This document shows positions 1 to 6,272 of a stretch of DNA of 64,000 bases, one piece after another. A model generated the notes under the pieces. That model had not been told where the DNA came from, did no database searches, and saw only the letters and a list, made by a program, of their open reading frames with translations. This stretch comes from Bdellovibrionales bacterium (lineage in GTDB: Bacteria; Bdellovibrionota; UBA1018; CAIMNF01), in NCBI GenBank assembly GCA_040380025.1, contig JBEIJY010000011.1, positions 1,077-65,076 on the forward strand, read 5' to 3'. The translations under genes were made by a program, and so were the position numbers. How positions within the stretch are numbered: position 1 is the stretch's first letter; each line of letters begins with the position of its first letter.

Positions 1-144
1 TGAAATCATAGATCGATGCCGTGCAATCCATCTCAAGCTGATCCCCAAACCGATGTCGGGTTTCGTCCCAATTGAGGTGGTTTAGCGTAGGTATAGCGAG
101 TTGGTTTAGAGATTGCTCTTAAAGTTCTCTCGATTCTTTTTGGT

Positions 145-633
145 TTATGTCAACAGATATGACCACGCCTCCTTCGACAAATACCGCGGACTCGGACAAA
201 TGCCCACGCGCCTCAGGTCGAGCCGGTCCGAGTCCCAGCAGGTTTGAATGGTTGCGTTGCCCGAAATCTCGCCCCCGGAGTGATCCCGAATGGCAAAGCA
301 CAGCAGATCCAATCGTTTTGGCGAGAGCTCAAACACGGACTGGTTCAGGCTCCGGGCGAACTCCGCCGCTCGGGGTCCGTGGAGGGGGTCGTACGAGTCA
401 TCATGCCGACATGAATCATGAAGGTAGGCAAACAGGCTCATGACCTCGATGTCTGCTTCGCGAAGATCTGCGATCGCAAGGCCATGGCGATGGACACGGT
501 CCCAGTGGGGGAGTCCGTGAATGCCATCCCAGTCGAGAACAAAGTGCGAGCGCACTCTCTCGATCAATGTCGCGAGGTCGAAAGAAGGAGAGGTGGGGAG
601 AGATGCTTTCTCTCGGGCGTTGATCATGGGCAT
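145..633 (-). CDS. small stand-alone HD-domain metal-dependent phosphohydrolase
   Basis: ORF 145..669. H..HD signature (HGLPHWDRVHRHG ... AYLHDSCRHDD) and CWDSDRLDL near the C-terminus. Start placed at ATG 633 (MPMINAREK), 5 nt after the upstream stop. Confidence 0.7.
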   Translation of the reverse strand: MPMINAREKASLPTSPSFDLATLIERVRSHFVLDWDGIHGLPHWDRVHRHGLAIADLREADIEVMSLFAYLHDSCRHDDSYDPLHGPRAAEFARSLNQSVFELSPKRLDLLCFAIRDHSGGEISGNATIQTCWDSDRLDLRRVGICPSPRYLSKEAWSYLLT

Positions 634-638
634 CTTCT

Positions 639-1400
639 CTACCGCCCCCGCGCAAAACTCGCGATCCACCGCTGGTGCTCCCTCGAAATTCCGAGATCCT
701 CGGCTGCGACCCGGATGCGCTCCAGATACTCCGAATCCAGCCCATAAAAGGGCTCCGAGTCAGTTGCCACATAGGTCATCAGTTCCAGCTCGTTCGAGTC
801 TGAGGCCGATTCCTTTCGATACAACCCGTGAGCAATTCCCTCGTATCGGTCAAGCGAGCGGATGCACGATTTTGAGAGAGCAAACACCGCTCCCTCGCAC
901 TGCGCGCCGAAGGCTCTTCGAATGCTCGCCACCCCGCGCGAGTTGATCACAAATTGCCGGTCAGGCAGAGATGTAAGACCGAGAAAGATCGCTCCGGGGC
1001 AGCGATCGGCCATTTGGTCGAGATCCATGTTCGAGCCGTAGGCAAAGTAGAGCGTTCTCTCGTGGGCCTTGAGCGTGATGAAAAGCGCGCGTTTTAAGAC
1101 CTCTAACCCGGGGTTCCTCATGGGCAGGCCGAGCAGAAGTTCTTTGATGATCTTGAATTTGCTCTGGTAATCATAGCCGACCGCGGAGTCCTCTGCGATA
1201 GCGCCAATCGCCGGCTTCAGAGCTGCAATCGCCTCATGGGCCAAGGGGTGGACAATGAGCTCATCGCTTCCTGTGAATTCCGGGTGAATGGGCCTCGAGG
1301 TGAGGGCGAGATCGGCTCCGCGCCAGAAATCCTGGTCCGGTGAGGCAACTTTGGGGCTGAAGTCCTGGAACAATCGAAACAGTGGGCGGATTTGATTCAT
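639..1400 (-). CDS. gamma-glutamylcyclotransferase (GGCT/AIG2-like) domain protein with ~115-aa unknown N-terminal extension
   Basis: 253-aa ORF. YFAYGSNMD..M..RCP motif followed by a DRYEG motif, typical of the GGCT fold. N-terminal half not recognised. Confidence 0.65.
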   Translation of the reverse strand: MNQIRPLFRLFQDFSPKVASPDQDFWRGADLALTSRPIHPEFTGSDELIVHPLAHEAIAALKPAIGAIAEDSAVGYDYQSKFKIIKELLLGLPMRNPGLEVLKRALFITLKAHERTLYFAYGSNMDLDQMADRCPGAIFLGLTSLPDRQFVINSRGVASIRRAFGAQCEGAVFALSKSCIRSLDRYEGIAHGLYRKESASDSNELELMTYVATDSEPFYGLDSEYLERIRVAAEDLGISREHQRWIASFARGR

Positions 1401-1437
1401 TGGGTTCGATCATACCTGATAGTCGTGTCACCTGAGG

Positions 1438-1932
1438 TCATTCGGGTGTGTGTCTCGCTCCCGATACTCCCCGCGAAAACCAGATTCCCGACTCGTGATC
1501 CGTCCAGACAACCTCGGCTTCGCCGTTCCCCCGGCCGAGCAGAATCGCGTTTTGCCCCCACTTGACCCCGAGCTTCACCGCCTCCCACGGAAAGATATTC
1601 TGAATGAAAAACCCCGTCTCGGACACGGGCTCCCCCACAATCGCATGGGTATCGGGCGCGGGTTTCGAGGTCGATGAAAGGGTCACAAAGCCCTTTAGCT
1701 CTTCTGCGAACTCTCGAAGACGCTTGGCATTTTCATCAAAATGCAGATTCTTCGAGCCCGGATTCATCGGGGTGATGACGGCCCAGTAGGCGATTCCGTT
1801 CTCTTTGCAAAAGGCCGCGAGCTCCGGGTTTTCGGAAAGAGGCGAGATGAAAAACTCCCCTCCCGCAGTGAGGACCCCGTACAGGGTCCTCAGGTATGCG
1901 ATCATGAGTTCGTTTCTGGTTTTGGCGTGCAT
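1438..1932 (-). CDS. DUF3293-like hypothetical protein
   Basis: ORF 1438..2109 trimmed to ATG 1932 (MHAKTRNEL), 11 nt after the upstream stop. The ITPMNPGS..L....N pattern resembles DUF3293. Assignment is from memory of the family and not searched. Confidence 0.5.
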   Translation of the reverse strand: MHAKTRNELMIAYLRTLYGVLTAGGEFFISPLSENPELAAFCKENGIAYWAVITPMNPGSKNLHFDENAKRLREFAEELKGFVTLSSTSKPAPDTHAIVGEPVSETGFFIQNIFPWEAVKLGVKWGQNAILLGRGNGEAEVVWTDHESGIWFSRGVSGARHTPE

Positions 1933-1943
1933 GGTGTTTCTCC

Positions 1944-2357
1944 TTAGTTTGATTTCCGGTCCTTTGAAGGAGCGGACTCCTCGGATCTTACCCCGTTCAG
2001 ATGGTCGAGCTGGACTCCGCCGCTTGGAACATCTTTCGAGCGGTTCCGTTTTTTTCCGAACTCCAAATAGATGCAGTCTTCTTTGCCGAGCACGACACAG
2101 CACCGCCAACCCCAGCTTTGCATTTGTGCCTCCACCGCTTGCATTAAAGACTCCAGGGCGGAGTCGGTCGGGTTGCCTTCTTCGGTGAACGCCTCGCCAT
2201 CATGATGAACGATGAAAGCGGGGGCGCCCATGTTCAAAAGGGTGGGTTGGTCTTTTGTGAACACCACGGCCTTTTTGACGTAAATCCCCGGTAAGACGCG
2301 GACCACGACATGCGGATACGAGGTTTTGATTTCAGGAAAAGAGGTGTTTTGCTTCAT
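1944..2357 (-). CDS. hypothetical protein (first gene of operon)
   Basis: 137-aa ORF tightly coupled to the downstream genes. No recognisable motif. Confidence 0.5.
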   Translation of the reverse strand: MKQNTSFPEIKTSYPHVVVRVLPGIYVKKAVVFTKDQPTLLNMGAPAFIVHHDGEAFTEEGNPTDSALESLMQAVEAQMQSWGWRCCVVLGKEDCIYLEFGKKRNRSKDVPSGGVQLDHLNGVRSEESAPSKDRKSN

Positions 2358-2603
2358 TTTTGCTTACCTTTCATAAGCCCCATCGGTTTTGGCACCGCGA
2401 CTGCTTTTGGATCGGGAGACGTTTCCTGGAGCAGCTCGGTTGCCGGACGGTCGTTTGACCGCCACTCTTGATGGATGAATCCTGATTAGCCGAAGGGATC
2501 GGGAAGAGCAAGAGAAGAAAATGAAGTCTTTGATTCCATGCTCATGGGCAATTGCAACGATGGCTTGTTCGGGGGTTGGATTGGCGGTGCATGCCAAGCT
2601 TCC

Positions 2604-2639
2604 TTGACAAAAGATGCATTTGTAGCTACAATGTAGCTA
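2604..2639 (+). promoter_or_regulatory. sigma70-type promoter TTGACA-17-TACAAT ending 7 nt before the brnT GTG, with twin TGTAGCTA repeats
   Basis: TTGACA 2604-2609, TACAAT 2627-2632, GTG 2640. TGTAGCTA at 2621-2628 and 2632-2639 (11-nt phase). No SD. Confidence 0.6.
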
Positions 2640-2900
2640 GTGACAGGCCTTACTGGCAAGCGGTGGTATTTTTTCGTTTGGGATGAAGACAATATCGGCC
2701 ACTTGGCTGAACACGGTGTTGAGCATTTCGAGGCAGAACAGTTATTTTTTAACCGTTATGTGATCACCCCGAATAAAAAACAACATGGACCGAAACGGTA
2801 TAGGATTGATGGTACGACCGATTCGGGGAGAATGCTCAGAGTGATTTTCGAGGATCTGGGTGGAAAAGTCGCCAGAGTGATCACAGGGTGGGATTTATGA
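2640..2900 (+). CDS. brnT: BrnT-family (DUF497) toxin
   Basis: 86 aa. FxWDxxN..H..kHGV.FeEA-like N-terminus (FVWDEDNIGHLAEHGVEHFEAEQ). GTG start. Confidence 0.8.
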   Translation: MTGLTGKRWYFFVWDEDNIGHLAEHGVEHFEAEQLFFNRYVITPNKKQHGPKRYRIDGTTDSGRMLRVIFEDLGGKVARVITGWDL

Positions 2901-3169
2901 GGAAAATGACCAAAAGAACGCATGTGACTGCGAAAAAAAAGTCTTCAAGAAAAGTCATGTCAGAATACGAGCCCGGGGAGTGGGATGATTCGAAGTCTGT
3001 CGAGGTAACCCCGGAGAAAAGAAAACCATCGGAGCTCTCCACCAGCATTCGTCTGCCCCGTGCGATGGTTGAGAAGCTTCGAAAAATTGCGGCAAGGAAA
3101 GGTGAAATCGGTTATCAGACTCTGATCAAGATTTGGATCGCCGAACGAATCGAGAAAGAGGCCGCCTAG
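2897..3169 (+). CDS. brnA: BrnA-family antitoxin (CopG/RHH-like C-terminus)
   Basis: ATGA start/stop overlap with brnT at 2897-2900. C-terminal IRLPRAMVEKLRKIAARKGEIGYQTLIKIWIAERI is typical of BrnA. Confidence 0.75.
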   Translation: MRKMTKRTHVTAKKKSSRKVMSEYEPGEWDDSKSVEVTPEKRKPSELSTSIRLPRAMVEKLRKIAARKGEIGYQTLIKIWIAERIEKEAA

Positions 3170-3319
3170 GGTGATGGCCGATTCCGTAAGTGGGCGAGCA
3201 ATCCCGTCTCCCCGATGATCGGATCTGGCTGGTCGGGGGCCAGGCCCGGATCAGGAAACGCCGGTCGGATGGGTGAGGGTTTTTTTAAAATTTCTGAAAT
3301 CAGGGCTCTTTTCTCTTTT

Positions 3320-3341
3320 TTTACTAGGTTCACCTAGTAAA
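3320..3341. promoter_or_regulatory. perfect palindrome TTTACTAGGT-TC-ACCTAGTAAA (operator-like)
   Basis: 10-bp perfect arms read directly from the sequence, 45 nt upstream of the ATPase ATG. Confidence 0.6.
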
Positions 3342-3363
3342 AATACTAGATTGATCTATCAAT

Positions 3364-3385
3364 TTTACTAGGTTAATCTAGTAAA
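3364..3385. promoter_or_regulatory. second palindrome TTTACTAG-GTTAAT-CTAGTAAA abutting the ATG at 3386
   Basis: 8-bp perfect arms. The last base is immediately 5' of the start codon. Candidate TTGATC(3350-3355)-17-TAATCT(3373-3378)-6-ATG promoter overlaps it. Confidence 0.55.
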
Positions 3386-4534
3386 ATGAAGCGCACGGTT
3401 TCCCTCTCCTGGGCCTCGCGGGTTCGCGATCAGTTGTCGAGTGAATCCCCCCTGATTCAGGTCATTCTCGGCCCCCGTCAGGTGGGAAAAACCACCACCA
3501 TCCTGAACCTTCTTGAGCGCGAATACCCGGATGCTCATCTTTATGTGGCGGCCGACAAGGTCTTTCACGCCTCTCCCTCGTGGGTTCGCGAACAATGGAT
3601 GGAGGCGAGGCGCTCGGGAAAACTTCTCGTGATCGATGAGATTCAAAAGATCGAGAATTGGTCCGAGGCGATCAAGAGCCTTTGGGACGAGGATCGCAGG
3701 AGCAAGGGCAGGAAAGTCCGGTGTGTTCTTCTCGGTTCGAGTTCTTTGGAAATTCAAAAGGGGCTAACGGAGAGTCTTACCGGGAGATTCCAGCTTGTGC
3801 GGGCCCATCACTGGAACTTTGCCGAATCGAAGGAAGGCTACGGAATCTCGTTCGAGGATTTTTTGAAGTATGGCGGGTATCCGGGGTCATACCCGTTGAT
3901 TCCGGACGATCGTTCCTGGGCCGGATATCTCCGGCACTCGATCATCGAAACCGTGATCGAAAAGGACATTCTTCTGAATCACTCGGTCAAGGCTCCCGCA
4001 TTGTTCCGGCAGGCGTTTGACCTTCTCATGGCTCATCCGGCGCAGGAAATCAGTTACACGAAGCTACTGGGACAGCTTCAGGATCGCGGCAACACCGATC
4101 TGATCAAGCATTACATTCGCCTGTATGAGGGCGCGTTTTTGGTGAAGGCGCTCGAGAAGTATTCGACCCATCCCCTGACCACCCGTTCTTCGAGCCCTAA
4201 GATCCTCCCGCTTGCTCCCGCACTTTTTTATACGAGCATTCTTGAGGATTATGGTGCCGAGGATCGGGGTAGGGCCTTTGAGTTGCTGGTGGGTTCCCAG
4301 CTTGTCCGGACGGGGTATGAGCTTTACTACTGGCGGGAAAAAAATGCGGAAGTCGATTTCGTATTGAAAAAAGGAAGAAAGGTGTTCGCGATCGAGGTGA
4401 AGTCAGGAAGAAAGAAATCGAGAAACGGTCTTCAGGTTTTCCAAGATCGCTTTCCGAACTCGATTCCGGTCCTGGTGACGCCCGAGAATTACGCCCAATT
4501 TGAGAGGGATCCACTGGGATTTCTCGAGTCCTGA
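3386..4534 (+). CDS. AAA+ ATPase of the COG1373/DUF4143 type with PD-(D/E)xK-like C-terminal module
   Basis: Walker A GPRQVGKTT, Walker B LLVIDEIQ. C-terminal E..(n)..EVDFVL..(n)..IEVK nuclease-like motif. Confidence 0.85.
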   Translation: MKRTVSLSWASRVRDQLSSESPLIQVILGPRQVGKTTTILNLLEREYPDAHLYVAADKVFHASPSWVREQWMEARRSGKLLVIDEIQKIENWSEAIKSLWDEDRRSKGRKVRCVLLGSSSLEIQKGLTESLTGRFQLVRAHHWNFAESKEGYGISFEDFLKYGGYPGSYPLIPDDRSWAGYLRHSIIETVIEKDILLNHSVKAPALFRQAFDLLMAHPAQEISYTKLLGQLQDRGNTDLIKHYIRLYEGAFLVKALEKYSTHPLTTRSSSPKILPLAPALFYTSILEDYGAEDRGRAFELLVGSQLVRTGYELYYWREKNAEVDFVLKKGRKVFAIEVKSGRKKSRNGLQVFQDRFPNSIPVLVTPENYAQFERDPLGFLES

Positions 4535-4576
4535 TTCCGCCGATCCGGCTACCCTGCGGTCGGAAATCAAAAAATC

Positions 4577-5584
4577 TCACCCTGATCTTTTATACAACTT
4601 CGTGGTCTCGGCCGCTTTCTTTGCGACCTCGATGGCAAGCGACTTCGGCTTCACCACCTGCGCACTCGGGCCGAAGCTCAAGATCCACGCCACAAGTTCT
4701 GGCGTCGATCCGAGCTCAAGAGTGAGCCGGATGCGCTTGTCTTTCAGGTTTGTGATTCGTTGTGACGAATGCCAGCGCCGCTCCTTCACATAGGGCGAGG
4801 CACTCTCGTCAAACTCGATCACGATCTCTTCAGGTTCGGTTCCGTTGAACACGCTCATGGATCCCTGAAAAAAGGATTCGGGGGTCACGATCTTCGCTTC
4901 ATAGGCCTCTTCGGTCATCTCGGCCGACTGGAATCGCGGGACGGCGAACACCTTCATTTTTTTGTCTTCGAGGTCCTCTGCCACCAGGTACAACCCACCC
5001 TTGGCATAGTACAGATAATGCGGTCCTAGCCTTCGCTTTCGCTCGGTCTTCGAGTTTACCGACGAGTACACGCCCGTCACCACATGGCCCTCACTGCAGG
5101 CCGAGCGCAGGGTCTCAAGAGTATCAGGGTCAATGCCCAAACCCCATGCGGGGCCGGGATCAAAGCGGAATTCCTGCTCGAGACTTTCGAGATATTCGAT
5201 TTGCTTTTCGCCGAGCCGGTCTTCGAGCTTTTTGAAAATGCACTCGAGATCCTGATAAAACGGGGTGTTCTGAAGAGGAGCAAGCGCCCCGCGGGCCAGA
5301 AAGAGCGCAAACAGCTCGCGCGCCGTAAGAAGCAGGTACTGATTCACCTTGGCAGTGCGCTTCAAACGCCATTTTTTCTCGGCCTCGCCTTTTCCCTCGC
5401 AAATCAGCGGGAAGCCCGCTTGCAAAAGAGCCTGAAGATCGCGATACACGGTTCGCTTCGAAGCCTCGTGATCCCGCCCGATCAGGTTCTCTCGAATCTC
5501 GGCTACGGTCATCCCGAGCCTGCTGCTATCGAGAAGATCAATGATCACTAAAATCCGTGCGACTTGAGCATTTCTGCCAGACAT
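4577..5584 (-). CDS. HTH-WYL domain transcriptional regulator
   Basis: ORF trimmed to ATG 5584 (MSGRNAQVARIL). N-terminal wHTH (TVAEIRENL...SKRTVYRDLQAL) and central WYL-type beta-rich region (GPHYLYYAKGGLYLVA). Confidence 0.85.
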   Translation of the reverse strand: MSGRNAQVARILVIIDLLDSSRLGMTVAEIRENLIGRDHEASKRTVYRDLQALLQAGFPLICEGKGEAEKKWRLKRTAKVNQYLLLTARELFALFLARGALAPLQNTPFYQDLECIFKKLEDRLGEKQIEYLESLEQEFRFDPGPAWGLGIDPDTLETLRSACSEGHVVTGVYSSVNSKTERKRRLGPHYLYYAKGGLYLVAEDLEDKKMKVFAVPRFQSAEMTEEAYEAKIVTPESFFQGSMSVFNGTEPEEIVIEFDESASPYVKERRWHSSQRITNLKDKRIRLTLELGSTPELVAWILSFGPSAQVVKPKSLAIEVAKKAAETTKLYKRSG

Positions 5585-5628
5585 GATGCCCTCCCTATCG
5601 GCAGGAGTTTGACGGAACTTGAGGAGGT

Positions 5629-5958
5629 TCACCGAATCGCAATCACCGCACTGATCACGAATACGATCGCGGCAAGAATCAGGAACGTCCAAAATCCGGA
5701 TCCGGAATTCTCTGGACTCGCCTCTTGGGCAACCTGAGGCGCGGAATACTGTGTCGGCGGTGTCACGGTCCTTCGCCTCTTCGACTGGCTTCGGGCGGAG
5801 ATTCCCGTGCCCGGAATCGACGCTTCCGTGTAGCGGGTCCCATCAGCCTTGATTCCGGTCCTGAGGCCGCGGACTCCGACACTGACTCCGACTCCTGATT
5901 TGGAGAAATTCAAGCGGAAGGGGCCGACTTTCATGGATTTACGAAACGAAATTCTCAT
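5629..5958 (-). CDS. DUF4236 domain protein with C-terminal TM helix
   Basis: KVGPFRLNFSKSGVGVSVGVRGLRTG repeat pattern typical of DUF4236. Hydrophobic C-terminus FWTFLILAAIVFVISAVIAI. Confidence 0.7.
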   Translation of the reverse strand: MRISFRKSMKVGPFRLNFSKSGVGVSVGVRGLRTGIKADGTRYTEASIPGTGISARSQSKRRRTVTPPTQYSAPQVAQEASPENSGSGFWTFLILAAIVFVISAVIAIR

Positions 5959-5970
5959 AAGGATTCTCTC

Positions 5971-5999
5971 ATTTTACCGCGAATCGCGCGGCCCTTCAA
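5971..5999 (-). promoter_or_regulatory. promoter TTGAAG-17-TAAAAT for the DUF4236-WYL operon, with CGCGA-A-TCGCG palindrome in the spacer
   Basis: On the minus strand the -35 is 5999-5994 and the -10 is 5976-5971. ATG at 5958 lies 12 nt downstream. Palindrome at 5978-5988. Confidence 0.5.
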
Positions 6000-6078
6000 T
6001 GTGGGGGGCAATCCCTTGGTTTGAAAGAAGTTTCTTCGAGGCATGTCCTCAGGTGACACGCACAATGGACTCGTTTGA

Positions 6079-6249
6079 GTAAGAGGGATGATTTTCGATT
6101 GGTAAGAGAATGGGCGCGCTCTGAAAAAAGAGTTTTGCCGACTCTCGCGAGCCAGGATGGCGAAAGCGAGGCCGGAGGATCCGGCTCGGAGGCAAAAACC
6201 TTTTTTCAGAGCGTGCACCTTCTTTGACCAAGATAAAAATCCCTCTTAC
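6079..6249. repeat. nested inverted repeats forming a ~170-nt rod-like element
   Basis: Outer arms GTAAGAGGGA 6079-6088 / TCCCTCTTAC 6240-6249 (10/10). Middle arms 6117-6139 / 6191-6213 (21/23). Inner hairpin GCCGG-AGGAT-CCGGC at 6171-6185. Confidence 0.6.
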
Positions 6250-6272
6250 TGAAAGGGAGTCAATTTGATGGG

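Noticed and set aside
1-31. A minus-strand ATG at position 31 (MDCTASIYDF...) that may start another gene of the HD/GGCT operon.
   Set aside because: Only 10 codons lie inside the window, so it cannot be supported as a feature. It is mentioned only in finding 1.
2364-2607. A 77-aa minus-strand ORF (2364..2597) immediately upstream of the four-gene operon, and a 28-aa hydrophobic plus-strand ORF (2521..2607, MKSLIPCSWAIATMACSGVGLAVHAKLP) on the opposite strand.
   Set aside because: The two are mutually exclusive. By my count the 77-aa ORF has third-position GC near 50%, which looks lower than neighbouring genes, and an Arg/Ser-rich, non-protein-like C-terminus. The 28-aa ORF has only a weak purine-rich RBS. 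Neither has a recognisable motif. The region more probably holds the divergent promoters.
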